NCBI GenBank assembly: GCA_035084275.1
Contig: CM068761.1
Coordinates: forward strand, 682,001-746,000
DNA: 64,000 nucleotides
Direction: 5' to 3'
From: Hydrolagus colliei
Lineage: Eukaryota
The notes below the pieces were generated by a model. That model did not search any database and was not told the DNA's origin. It saw only the letters and a list, made by a program, of their open reading frames with translations. This document shows, one piece after another, positions 47,298 to 60,940 of the stretch. Positions within the stretch are counted from its first letter, which is position 1. Each line of letters opens with the position of its first letter. The position numbers and the translations under genes were made by a program.

Positions 47298-48904
47298 TCT
47301 CTGGCAGAGCAGCTATGCCATTCATTCGTAATTATACGTGCATTTGATAGTAACTGATTGTGTGAAGTGCTTGGAGACCCTTTGGCCATGGTAAGCATTA
47401 TATCAAAAGCAACTGTTACACTTCTGGGCAAGTAACCAATTTCTTTATATAATGCAAGGTTTGCAAGGACAGCTACTACATTTGTACTGTGTATATAATT
47501 CACACAGTTGGCTAACGCTTGAAGCAAATTCCACTACTGAACACCAAACTTTTAAATCCAGACATGAAAGGGTAGATTATGAATAATAGCACAGTCAGAT
47601 AATGTTCCAGCGCACATTGGAAACATACATTACCTGGAAATGATCTGAGTGAAAGACACATTCAGACCTCACTTTCTGGCTGTGTTAACTCTGTTCTGAT
47701 GTGGTGCTGTGATATGATGACGTACTGATACGAAACCCAGTAGGGAGGAGATGAAATTTTATACTGGAATGTTAACTCCAGTATCTCGAGTGGATTTGAG
47801 CTGCAAACTTCCCTCCATGGGAGCTTGAATTGAATTCCCTACAACAAGTACTTTGCAGTATAAATGGGCTTTCAAATTAGTTACATGTTCAGTTAAGTGG
47901 TGAGTACCGTCTTAAACGTTATTCTTGTGAGAGCCATGAACCTGAAAGGATAGAGAACGAGATTGATTTTACTTCGCTATACACTCTGGCAGCAGAACAG
48001 ACTTTTGCTCCATCTGTGTGTGTGAAGAGAAAACAGTAGGGTACTGTGGCTTGTAAGCTCAGCAAGGTCTGAGACTAACGTCAGCCATATTTATTATTCA
48101 TAGCATGTTGTGAGCTTGTGTCTATTCCCTTGGGGAAATCGCCGCTTCTGTACTCTAATGTGCTGACATGTGCCATTTTTAATGAGTGTAACCCTAGTCC
48201 AATATCTGACTCTCTTCCAGGACATCCAGTCAATCTGTCAGGCCTGGGATAAACAGATCAGAAAAGTAGGTTAAATATATAGGTGAGAAGCAGTATAGGG
48301 ACTGACACCCAGGAAAGAAATGCTTCTGGTCCATGTTGTTTGGTCCAGTGAGGGTCTTGGACAGAACGTGGAATTATGATCAAATCAAGCTGGTTCTTTG
48401 TTAAATTTCAGTATGTGGAGGAGGTAAAACTGTTTTTTTCTAGTTTGGATGTTGAAAGCTACAAATGGCATTTATTTTTAATCTGCAAATGGTTTTGAAA
48501 CCTGTGAGGGTAATTTACGGCTTGAGTGGTAATATTAGTTGCCACATCAGTCTGCATGTCAAAGAGGAACTTGTGAGCTTTCAAACTGACTCCTTTTAAA
48601 AAGCTGGGAAATCTCATTACACTCAGGCTTTGCATACAGTAACAGAGCATTCAAGAGAAGAGATTTAATTGGTGCCATCTTATCAAGGAAGATTTAAATA
48701 ACCAATGTAGGACTTGATCCGGATCAAGTATTGTGCAATTTGTGTCATAAATCTGTGTGTTTAAAACTGTGTAAGTGCTGTGCTGTAACAAATTGATTTG
48801 ATTGTTGTATATTTTGTTTTGAGGACCTTGCAGTGAATTTTCAGTATATATTAATATTTTGAAGTAAAGCTATTTTAAAGTAAAGTACTGTAACTTATGT
48901 ATAC

Positions 48905-49085
48905 TTAATAAAAACAATAAATTGGTAATTTCAATCCACGACTGTTTTTGGCGATACTGCTGTGCGCAATTGGTTGCTGCTTCTTTTCGCCCATAAATAT
49001 TCAGTCAATTCACTTTACAGTATATTCTGTGAAGTGCTTTGAGATGTCTAGAATATATATCAAATGCAAGATTATTATCATTATT
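48905..49085 (+). mobile_element. SINE 3' half
   Basis: aaattggtaatttcaatccacgactg...caaatgcaagattattatc. Confidence 0.88.
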
Positions 49086-51769
49086 TGAACTGGTGGTAAA
49101 GGATATGATTTGTCTCATTGAAAACAATTCAAGATTGTGCAGTCATTCATTCATTTTAGAATTTAGCAAAATCTGGTTTGATTGCCGAATCTAAACTAAA
49201 TACTACAGAGTGTGTCTGGAATAGGGAACCATCTCCCCGTAAATTGCCAGTGTAATTGCAGAAGAATTAATATTTCAATTTCTTCTCTTTTCTTGAATTC
49301 TTGTTTGTTGCTTAAATTCCTCAGTTTTGTGTGACTGTTAAAGCTACTGAGGTTTACCATCTGATAGAGGTTTACATGTCATACAGACTAGGGGTATTTT
49401 AGTTTATAATTACATTGAACTTAATGTGGAGTGAGAGCTAAGCTGCTCCAGCCATTGGCTCACCAAAACAACTTTTTGTCAAATTGGTCAGATTTCATTG
49501 AAAGTTTGACTAATGGTGAAAGTGGATATGATACTACATGGGATTGGAGCCCAGGCTATTTGGAATAAAAGTGCTTTAGTCCAACAAGAAAAGATTGGTT
49601 TTCCCACTGTTACTGTTTAAACTGGAGCATGGTTGTTTTACATCTTCAACCGTCCTATTACTTGTCGTCCGAGATTTGATTCTCCTAAATGCAAGTCTTT
49701 ATTCATTCCAAGTGTGATAATTAATACTGACAACTTGGTTGTTACCTTAATGTATAAAATGTTAAACTACTTGAAGGTATAATGGGATTACAGTGTTTTT
49801 CTCTTTGAGTGAATAACAAGCTATCAAAATACAACGGACATGCTTCCGATTAGCTTGGGTGAATACTTATCCAAAGGAATTGCAGAGGGAGGAGGAAAAT
49901 GTGTTGGGGGTGTTATTCCACTTGCCTGACCTCTGAGAAGCTGCCTCTGAGCCCACAGCTGGAGGTCTAAGGAGCAATGAGTGTGTGGTCGGAGATAAAT
50001 AGAGAAGACAAGCTTATCTTGAAATAATAAGAAAAAATGTCCTAACTGATTAGTGTAATGGGACACATAGACTAAAGTGAAAAGGATTTTACACCCTATT
50101 AAATTTGGAGAATTGCATTGGACATATTAGTTAAACCAGAGACTGCTTGCTGTTACCAGGTTTTTATTATTTTTTAAGCAGCTTTACCTATCAAAGTCGT
50201 AATTTAGTGCTTGGAGTGCTATAGGAGTCTGTTGAGTCTTTAGGTGGTGTATTATCAATTAGACTGCCCTCTGTGATTTCACATATTTTCCTAATTCTGT
50301 TTCCTACTGTGAGAATTTTAAAAAGCTACTCGGGTGGGTGGCATTCTGTCTGGCCACACGCAGCTTTCCTGTTACTCCATCTTTGCAGCATTCTTCTAAG
50401 GATACTTTAAAAAAAACTGTAGCCACAGCCATAAACTCAGCTGGGACTTTGGAAAGCGACAAGGCACTTAGTTGTGAAATTGTTTGGGTTACCCGAGTGC
50501 CTGGGAGAGAGTCTGAAGGATTTGAGCTATAGACCAAGTGATTGTTTTCTGATTGCTGGCTTTAGGACAGATGTACCATTCATTCCAGATTATTTTGCCT
50601 TACGCATTGTCATACATTGTCATACACAGCATTAGAATGTCATGAGAAATTATTTTGATGGAAACGCTATTTGGGATGATGAAGTGGAAATTCCTGCCTC
50701 ACGTTGCTAAAGCATCTGTTCATCCGTGGAAACGCTGCCCATTTGTTTCCCGGAGGTGAGCAGATTGCTAGAATCTCTCACAAACATATACTTAGATGTT
50801 GTGACAATAGCTATTATGTTTCACCAGTCATGACTGCTAAAGAAATGGAGAAAGATTCTTGTTAAATCGTACACATCTATTTTTGTTAGCCATGATTTAA
50901 CATTTATAGATAGAGATCCAGCTTTGGCACCTTCATAGTTGACAGTACAGATCAGAAACCGCGTGACGTTGCCTGAACAAGTGTGACAGTGTGACTTGTC
51001 TTGCTGCAGTAGACTCGATTACAATGTCAAGCGCTGCAGCGTTGTTAAAGGCAAAATGTCAGGCTTGTGTACACAGTACTGGTCTAAACCACGGAAAGGC
51101 CGTATTTCAAGAATAATGCAGAGGGAATCAAATGGATTTCATTGGTCTGCAGAGAGTGATATGTTTTTAACTTAGGAATTGTTTTGTGCAATAGATTGAT
51201 GAAATGAGTGTAAATAGAAAGCAGCATATGTTATGTGCCTCAATGAGCTCAGGCAGGATAATGAGGTTTAAGTATGGCCCAGGCAGATGACTCAGGTGCA
51301 GATTTGTTATATGGGTCAAGTTGGCTGATGGCTTTTGTGCACCGCATGCTTTCTTCACATGGTTGATATCATTAAATACCTGTAATGTTTTCACTGAGTT
51401 GTAATGTCATCGTTGAGGGAATTTTCTTGCCTCGTATAAATATGTCTTTTATAATCCTACAAAAGAACTCATTCATGATGTTAATATTTCAGGCTGCAAT
51501 GAAATGTAAGATGGATTCTTCCCTAAATTGCCTTCATGAAAAAACTGGGGATGGTTTATATGGAGAGTAAGAGAGAACTGGAATCTGATACAAATCCGTC
51601 GCAGCTTCTCTCCAACCCCAAGTTTAACAGTGTGGGAGTTTGGGTCTGAAACAGCAATTCATCAAATTGTAACAAGGGGGGATTGACGTAATTCATCTTT
51701 CTCTAAAATCTATCATTTCTCTCGCAAGTGACGATTCTCGATGATGTATTACATTCATCACCTCTGTAA

Positions 51770-51942
51770 CTCTCCGAAATGGCCATTCTTCAGATGCCAA
51801 TCCGAACATTACATATTGGCACCTTGTTTGATTGTACACGCCAATAAATAGTGACCAGCAACCCCAGGCTTCTCGTCTCTGTAGCACTCATAGCTGTGCT
51901 TTTGCTGAGATTCATCAACTCAGCACACACCAGGAATCAACT
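51770..51942 (-). mobile_element. LF-SINE-like fragments
   Basis: rc contains gttgattcctggtgtgtgctgagttgatgaatctcagc and gaagaatggcc. Confidence 0.45.
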
Positions 51943-52098
51943 CTTTGGATTGTTGGATGAGGGCAGCAATGGAACAGCACAGACAGAGAGACAAGATTGA
52001 AAGTCTTGTTTGGAGATCACGCTTTAGTAATTCAACTACCGCATAGTAGAAAGAGTGAAGATTCCTTTGTGTAAAAGAAGCATCTGAATTCAGGGTAG

Positions 52099-52310
52099 AA
52101 TAATAATAATAATAATCCTTGCATTGATAAAGCGCTTTTCATGTCTTTTAGACATCTCAAAGCGCTTCACAGAAAATTCGCTGTAAAGTGAATTGACTAT
52201 GTATTTGTGGGTGAAACCAATTGGCAGCCAATTGCACACAGCAGCGTCCCATAAACAGTCGTGGATTGTTATATTGTTTTATTTTTTTAGAGAGATTATT
52301 TATTAGGCGT
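52099..52310 (-). mobile_element. SINE 3' two-thirds
   Basis: aataataataatccttgcattgata..cccataaacagtcgtggattg is the reverse complement of the consensus. Confidence 0.9.
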
Positions 52311-53688
52311 GTGAATCATTAGCAAAGCAGTGCAAAGGGTTAATGTGACAACGAAACAGAGTGGGAGAGAGAGTAATGCTTTGGAGAGGCAAAGTTGATT
52401 GAGAGGAGGGGGAGAAGACAGAGATTAACCATCAAGTAACTGACAGATTATGTGAATTGGGTAAAAAAAAATGGACATGAACATAATTTTGGTTTAAGCC
52501 ATGTGACAGTTTCCCCCAAAACCTCCAGCCCTATTCCTCTTCACTTGCTGTTATATTACTGAAAACAATCACAAATTACGTTTCACATCTCACATTTACT
52601 CCCTCTGTACAATGGCTGCCATGCTTCCGCAATCAGCCAAAGTGGAGATTGAGAATATCTTCACAGTGGTCGCCAAGGCAGTTCTTAATTGAATCAACAG
52701 CGCGTGTGTGCCCGCAGGCCAGACTGCTGGAGGAGTGGTGCTTGATTTTAGCACCTTTTGATACTTCTGTATTTTATAAGGTTAAACGGCCGTTGCCATT
52801 TAAAGATCAGATTCTTATGCGACACTCCATCTGCCACAGTGACATCTATCTCTCAACACAACATTACTTTATCATAAATATTAGAACAGATACCACCATG
52901 AATGTCGTATCAATGCACAAGACAGTGTTTCCAGCTTGTTCAAAATGACTTCTCCTTCAAGACATAAGCGTCAGAGACTTGCTGTAAATGACTGTTAGAC
53001 GATTCCATCAAACAAACAAATGAAAACACTTTCTACATTTCTGACTGTGGAACAATGGAAAGCAGGTGGTAGTGGTGATCCGAATATTATTTAGAAAGAT
53101 GTTGAGTTAAGGCTATGACTAATGCCATGCAAACTCCTATTCAATCTATCATCATCTGGGTATGTTGCTGTGCTGACTGCCTGCACTCTATAAGATCTTT
53201 TTCAATTAATGAACGATGTATTTCAGAAACTCCTATAACTTCAATAATCTCTGATGTAACTGCACCAAATATTTATCCAATGATAAAGCTGTATGCTTAA
53301 AGTTGTCAGTGATGATTTTGTTGGACGTATACACTATTCTGTCTTCAGTGTCCTGGTCAAATGTTCCCATGTGTCTGGTTTCAGTTAAACAAAACCTCAA
53401 CTCGTGCTGTAACTGAACCAGGTTGTTCTTCTGATACGTCATTAGTGTTTCTACTTTGACACGTCCAACTTAATAACAGTGTTAGTTAGTGAATTTAGCA
53501 GCATATCAGTGGTTTTCAACTCACTCACTTTGTTTCACATTTCCAGCTATCTGCAGCTACTTGTAAAATATTATTTTTAAACACTTAAGCCGTAAGCACT
53601 AGTTTTCCAGTTTTCTTGTACTGTTCTTGTAGAGCCGGGCGAGAAGAATGTTAAAATAAGTGTGCTTAACAATTCACTGTCTATTTAG

Positions 53689-53773
53689 AACAACAACAAA
53701 ATTACACTTGTATAGCGCCTTTCGCGTCAAGAGGACGTGAAAGGCGCTCTATAAATGTAATTTTGTTGTTGTT
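53689..53773. repeat. Head-to-head fused L2 tails forming an 85-bp palindrome
   Basis: 40-bp arms with 4 mismatches and a 5-nt loop (aagag). Confidence 0.9.
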
Positions 53774-54203
53774 GTAGTCGAGCCGGGATGTGATGAAGGC
53801 AAGAATGAGAGTTTCAGTGACCTGATGAGGTGAGGTAGTGGCCGAGGTGAGGGAAGGCAGAGCGGGTCATGGCTCGGATGTGGGGAAAGAAAGATAATGG
53901 AGGATCGAATAAGAAACCTAGATTCCAGACTGGCTTGGTGAGGGTTGTGAGTGCAACCATTAACGTTGATGTAGCCAGTGCCTGATGCGTGAGCGAATCG
54001 AGAAGGCCTCAGTCTTGTTGATATTCAATTGTGGAACGTTAGCTCTCATCCAGGACTTGGAGTCTGCTAGGCAGGCTGTCAGGACAGTTGTGGTCCTGGA
54101 TTTGAGGGTAGAGGCAGAGAGATAGAGTTGGGTGTCATCCGTATACACGTGGAAGTTGACCTCGTGTCTGTGGATAATGACACTAAGTGGGAGCATGTAG
54201 ATG
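53774..54203 (-). mobile_element. L2 LINE reverse-transcriptase fragment
   Basis: MLPLSVIIHRHEVNFHVYTDDTQLYLS (YADD motif)..SWM..QLNINKTE, then NLGFLFDP.LSF.PHI..ETLILAFITSRLDY. Confidence 0.92.
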
Positions 54204-54779
54204 TTCTGACCTCTTGGTCTAAAGTAGACTCCTGGATTTTAGCTTTACAGATTGCCAGAGTCAAGGTTACAATGGAGATGTGGTCATGTTATTGACTGTT
54301 GGGATGAGAAGCACAGAGATGTAATGAAAAAGGAACTGAGCAGAAGATAACATGAATAATCAATTAAAGGCAGTAGTAGGAAACCAGAGATCGACTGGGG
54401 TGCACAACTGAGAGAACTAAAGATAGACAGTCAAGCAGATTAAGGGAAATTGAGATTTGTAAAGATAAATTCAGGAATGATTCCAGCGAAAAAGTAACAA
54501 GAAAAGCAATGGATCTGCGGTCGTGTTATTAATTGTAAGAAAAGCACTGCTGTAATGAGGAGCCAAAAAAAAATGCTTGTGATAGAGAAGAAGAAAAAAA
54601 TAGATGTTGAAGTGGAGTTTAATATTCCAAGTTATTTCAGTTGGGGTCAGGGTGACCTAGACTGAATGTGATGTTCTTCAGTTTCATAGTTCTTTCCAAA
54701 GTACTTCATATCCAAGGAGTGTTAAGTGACATTAATTATCTATGCTCCATTAATCCACAGATGCTAGAGTGCTTTTTGG

Positions 54780-55105
54780 CATGACCACTCACTCCATTGA
54801 TCTTGTTTGTTACGGACTTCTGGAACTCTCCTCTTGAATAGTTTAATGCTTTTGTCATTCCCTTGGATGTTTCCAAAGCCTTCAGTTCCTATTACGTAAT
54901 CTGTCATCAAAGTTATAATTACAGTTAACGTGTTTCCTCTTGAATGACTCTGAACTGTGGCTGATGGCTCATTTTCTGACTCTTTATCCACCAGCTCTGG
55001 GTTCCCCAGCACCCTGTTCCCACTCCTGTGTTCCAATTCCACATTGGTGACCCCCTCCATTCATCACCCAATCCTTAACCTACTTTTACTGATAATTTCA
55101 CGCCA
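54780..55105 (+). mobile_element. Old non-LTR RT relic (CR1/Jockey-group-like)
   Basis: VTDFWNSPLE*FNAFVIPLDVSKAF (LDxSKAF at 54863-83), then VADGSFSDSLSTSSG.PQ and FTDNFT (~YADDST), in RT order. Confidence 0.55.
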
Positions 55106-56188
55106 GTCAGTGACTGCCAACTGAGTCATCAGCAGAACTATGGAGGAAGCCTTCCCCAGGTTCTAGTTGTTATCTTGACAGGTACAGAATAAAATATTGC
55201 CAATGATAGACTATGAAAGAAACATTTTGTCCTGATCAACATGAGTATTGAACTCCCTTGTTCACACATTTGCTGTTGCTTATTGGGAGGAATCCTTGTA
55301 GGAAGGACTCTTTGTTGGAATCCATACATATGTGATGAGCTTGTTTAAATAAGAGATCCCTGAAAAAAATATGCCCATGACACTCCCCATGCGAGACCAT
55401 TCCAACGAGGTATAAATCATGTCTCTATGTCAATCAGTTTAGCGTTCTTGACAGACAGATCAACATTTTGTCTATTGGTATAGATGTATACAATTTTTGT
55501 TGTTTTATGACAGTTCACTATTAGCTCTGTATGTGTTTTTCTCGCGCTGGTTGAGTTTGTAAAGAACAAGTGTGCAATGTCTGTGGGGTGTTTGTGGCAT
55601 TTATTTTCCTCTGGCAGTTCAGTTAAGGGGAGGAGAGTCAGCAGTTTCTGTACAGTGCTATTGTGACAGGAATGCAATTTGAGTGGAGGCTGGTATAAAA
55701 TTGTCTCTGAACAGTTTCCCACTGCCCTGCAGAGTCCAATTTGTACGTTGAGTGAATAGAAATTGAAAATCCAAAAAGATTTTCTAGTTGCACCCGGCGT
55801 GTTAGCTGCTGCTCAGCTGGTGTGTTTTTCTTTGACTGGATTATAGGGTTTCCCATATTTACAGTGCAAATTTGACAGCATCCTTTTTGGTATAATACGT
55901 TTGATCTCCTTTTTGAAATCCACCAAATGACAGCTCATTCAGTTTAAAGCGTAACCGTGTAAAAGGCTTACAGTTTGGAAAATCTTCTATTCCAGCTCAA
56001 TTTAGGGATCCAATTCGCCAACAAGGAAACTTAACCACTGCAAATTCCTGATAAGTGAATAACATGGTTCCAAAAAATATATTTTCCTTTACCGGGATGG
56101 GCTGTTATTTAAGATGCAATGAAAATGTCAACTGTTTTGTCTTGTCAGCTTACACCGAGATAAGGAATGAAAGTGAGCTGGATGTGCT

Positions 56189-56230
56189 ACACACACACAC
56201 ACACACACACACACGTGTGTGAGAGAGAGA
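56189..56230. repeat. Compound (CA)n-(GT)n-(GA)n microsatellite
   Basis: Read directly from the sequence. Confidence 0.9.
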
Positions 56231-59200
56231 TCTTAAACAACACCAGGCATTGGAAATTTGCCCTTACTTTAGTTAGACTGACATTGTAAGAGTAAATTTA
56301 CTATCAGTTATGAATGTCTCTCTTTCCATTGTACATTATTAAGTGCTTCACGGTTCTCTGCAACTATAACCTTAACATTGTTGCACATACTTATTATATA
56401 TATACATATAGAACATTACATGTATTACATGGAATTATGTTTTGATGCACAACAAATCAGATGGTATTCATACCATCGCCCACAAAATACACACAGTAGC
56501 ACCATCCTCTGGTATATCCTCTGAAGAGCTTTGTGATATCTCAACAACATAAGGCACTGTATCAAATATAGAGATTTTAAAACTATACTTATAATCTGTT
56601 AGCTTTTTCCCCTGTACTCAGCGAGCTGCAGGCTTGTGTTCCACTTCATTCTTTTGTCTACGAATTTGACCAATATTCTCAGCTGAATGTATAATGGAAG
56701 ACTTTATAGTCGAAACACAAGACTTATTGAGTTTTCTTGCATTAATAGTAGCATCAGAGTTTAAGTCACCAAAATATAATAGTAATTGAAGTTGGATGTG
56801 AGAGACTACTAAAACATAACTGCAGATAAATTGAATCTTTTACGTGAAACTTTTTGTCAATATCGCTTACGTCTGCCGTGCTTCCATCAAGTTTAAATGT
56901 TTTCAATTTCACGTCTGTCAATTTCCTCCAGTCACAATCACTTTGTTAAATCTAAATGATCTCTGTCTCATTCTTTGGCTTTGAATTGTATAGATCCATC
57001 ATCTCAAGTGAATGCTTTATTGCTGGCAAATACTGCTGTGAAACTCTTTTCTAGTTCATGCCTTGAACGTTTAAATGTCTGCTTTCTCCTGGAGTGCTGC
57101 ACATATATTTTAATCTGTAGATTGTATATTTATCCTTCTCTTTAATGGACGCACTCCAAATTCATGTTGCTTCCAACCACTTCATAGCTTCTGCTTTCTC
57201 AGAGTAAGATGGATCACTTCACTGTAATCAGCAAGCTCCAACACTGCTCTGTAACTGACCCATAAGAACGTGTGCTACTGCTTGACTTGGTGCTTGATTC
57301 TCAGCAACTTTTTCTACCCAAGGTAAAACTTTCAGCAGATGCTCTCGAATGAGTAAAGAGCTGAGGGGAAGCACCAGAATTCTCCGGTAATGTTAAGGAT
57401 AACAGTGCTCAGAATTCACTGGGTAATCAGGATGATGGAGGTGAAACTGTGTCGCCAATGCCATTCAGGAGAGAGTCAACCATTGCCTTCCATCTTGTTG
57501 AAATGTCAGAGCAGCGAAAGGAGAGCTGAGAATTTGCTTCAGTGTATTAGAACCTCAATGCATTAACAGCTGAAAATAATGAATATAGCTGTTCACCTTA
57601 AACATGAACAAGAATGGTGACATCCATACATATGAACAGAGCTATATAATATATCATTAGTTAGAATAGAGCATCATTTATGTTATAAACTCTTGTCTTT
57701 TATGTGTATTCACTTTATCTAACAAGGTCTCAGGTGTAATGAGAACAAACAATCCAACAGAGAGAATTAGGAAATGGGCTTCTTTGGAAATTCCCTCTCC
57801 CCAAACTAATGAGCTGGTGTATAAGACGATCCAATTAGAGTGTGTTTTGATGTTCCCATTTAATTAACTATCTAATATTCATGTTTTGCAAATGATGCAG
57901 TTAGTCTTTGAGTAAATGAGTTGTGTGAGCAACAGTAGAAAATCTACACCATCCATCATACAGGTGCCACCTATATTAATATAAAATGATGATGCGAAAA
58001 CTGGCTTTACCTTATCACAGTTGAATGTTTAATTCTCTGTCTGTATATCCGTGGCTATCATTAGTTGGATTTAATTGTTCTCTGAGCAAAATTTGCACAC
58101 TTGCCAGTTCTGCCCTGGTGGCTAGATAGCTACAGGTTTGTCCAGGCCCATGCCATGGTTCTCGAGCAGAGGAGAGACTGCAGTTCCAGTGGAGTCACAT
58201 CTAAGCCAAGCCTGGAATTTGACTTCATTATCTGGGCCATTAGAGAGCAAAATGCCCTCCACCAGTTCAGGGCATCACTCACTGAGATGTCAGGTCAGCC
58301 TTTTGACACTTTTCTCCGCACCTCTTGGGCTATGACCTCCCTCATTCTAGCCTTGATCCTGACTCCATTTATTGTTATCTGACCTGAAACTTCCAATGCA
58401 TTTTTATTCCTAAAAAAATACATAATTTGATTAATTGGATTACATGCTTTTACGCAAACAGAGTGGCTGCACTCGAGTGCCTCTAAACGTAAAGGTAAAA
58501 TGCATTATGGGGCCTGATTCTTTATCATTGTAAAAAGCTTCAGAGGCAGATGGAGAAAGACCAGATTTCATTAGATTCTGAATCTCTACAAAATCACATT
58601 TCCAGTTTTGAAACGGAAATATTTTGTCCACAATTAAGCCAAAATATAATTTGCACAGTGTGATTAACTGTAATGCTGTGTAATGTAAGCCAATTTCAAA
58701 ATAGCATTTACTGATAATGTGGAGGTGTTGTCTGTCTATCGGTGCTTTCTGTTGCATTTCTCCCTCTCAGCCTCCCCCCCCACCCCCACCCCCCCCCCCC
58801 CCATTTCATGAGAGAGCTGTATGCAGCTGCATGAAGTGCTATGGGTCGTCCTAACATGAAAAGCGTTATCTAAATTTGCTATATTTATATTTCTGTTATT
58901 GGCTTGTCAAATTTACTATTATCTTCTATGGGAACTCTTGATAAGCTTATTGCGAGAGCAAGCTGCTAATTTGTGGCATGTTTTAATGTTGCTAAGCTGT
59001 AGCTATAATAGAAAAGCAATAGACTAATTCAGAAACTAGTAGCCTACCGCGGAACTCAATAATACCAATGGGTTTCTCATTTTAATGAGGAAAGCGGAGA
59101 AGATAGGGAGGAAAAAACATGCAGCCAGGGTAATGGATTAAATGGAGAAAAAGTCAAGAAGATTGGCAGACTTGATCGCCTGTTGTTCCCAGTGGAGAGA

Positions 59201-60878
59201 AACCACCAGACCTCAAGTCCAAATAAGGTTATGTTAGTCTGCCCTTTGCAAAGAGCTACGTGCGCAATTGTTTGTAGCTGGTACTGTAGGGAGGTTTGAT
59301 TATACTGCTTGTGAGTTCAGGATGCTGTTGGGATCTGAGTGGTAGTATGAGTATCTCTCCATCGTAGATTAGTGGCTGTGGTTGCTAAGAGTGGAATGTC
59401 ACGTAGAGAAGAAGGCTATAAGGTCAGTGTAGCCTGTCTCAGCAAGTCTTACTGAAGCTTGCAATAAAAGCACTGTAGGATTGTTCTGTGATGGGCTGCG
59501 ACTGCAGTACAGAATACTTAGTGTGGGCAGGATTGCCGCAAGGAATATAACATTTAAACTCTTGTGCCCTTTTGGATATCAAAGTAAGATTCATATCGCG
59601 TGGTTGATTTTAATTATGCCCAATTTAAATGAATAGTCAAATTAAACAATTTCAGTTTCATAACATCAAATTCAGTCAAAAAAACTGCAAGTTTTTGTTA
59701 TGCTTATTTAGATGACATAATCTCTGGGACCCATCAAACATTTACAACATGGGAAAAAAATGCTGGCAAATTAGTTTTTTTAAAATACTAATAAACCTTA
59801 CGTTTAATATCGCTTATAACGACAAAGCATCTTTCCGAAAGCACTTAAGAACAACAAAATTACATTTGTATAGCGCTATTCACGTCAGGATGCTATCAAG
59901 TGTAGTAACTATTTGTTTACATATCAAGCAGGAAATTTATGCGTAATGGAGTTAACGTGAGTGACCATGTTATCAGAAAGAGAATGGCAAGATCTTAATA
60001 TGAGCAAAATTAGAGCATTTTGAGAGCTGTATTGCCACTCATTGCTGAGAGATAAGTGATTTGCAAAGGCTACAATCTCATCCTTTCCAAAAACCGCAAA
60101 GCCGGTGTTGAGGCACACTCTGATGAGTTTAAGTATAATTTGATTTTAAGGGATAAACTATGGCATGAGGGGTTAGTAATTAGCACAATACATTTCCATT
60201 ATTCTGCACGATTTCTGATTGACTGGATCACACTGTATATATCAGCCATTAGATCACCTTGCCCTCATCTGACAGATGAGCAAATGAGGATTGTAACTTC
60301 AAATGAAATACTGGGTTTTGCAGGAAGGTGATAGCTTCACTGCAGGCTCAAATTACACCATTCGTTTATACAGTGATGTTTTCTACTTAAGAAGAGACTC
60401 TGAGGGACTGATTAAGCGTAATTGGAGCATGATAAAATGCAGAGAAGTGTCACTTAATGGATGTGGTTCATTTAATTGTAGACTACTTGGAACACCCAAG
60501 AAATGCTTAAATTCTCTCTCTCCTGTAACTGACAAGCAGTGCTTTAATTGGTCTTCTGAATGGTTATAATTAACCTGATTGCTCAAAGGAAGGAGCTACA
60601 TTTTATTTGTATTGGGAGCTGCTGACACTAAATTGCTTTCGCCTCAGTCTCATGATTTTGAACCAAATTTAATGAAATTTGTTCAAAAGTTTCCTCCTGT
60701 GGACTTGGCTGCCTTTAACGAATAGAAACTGAAGGCTCCTGCGCCAGCGCCTTGTTTTTGTCATAATTCCTGTTCGTCTTATTAAGGAATTCTTCTTCAC
60801 TTTGGAATTGCTTTGGAGCTGTTTGGGTTGCAGTGCTCACAAAAGGTCCTCAGCTCCGGTCTGAGGCAGTAACTATCC

Positions 60879-60940
60879 AGCACCTTGGGACGACCTCCTG
60901 ATGTGAAAGGCGCTATACAAATGTAATTTTGTTGTTGTTG
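60879..60940 (+). mobile_element. L2 3' tail-only insertion
   Basis: agcaccttgggacgacctcctgatgtgaaaggcgctatacaaatgtaattttgttgttgttg. Confidence 0.85.

Noticed and set aside
47712-47740. Hammerhead-like or C/D-box-like aTGATGAcgtactgatacGAAAC
   Set aside because: It lacks the core C3, stem II does not close properly, no stem I or III is evident, and it is far too short for a snoRNA.
56850-58410. Possible decayed antisense coding segments
   Set aside because: Stop frequency is about what chance gives, and no protein family was recognised.
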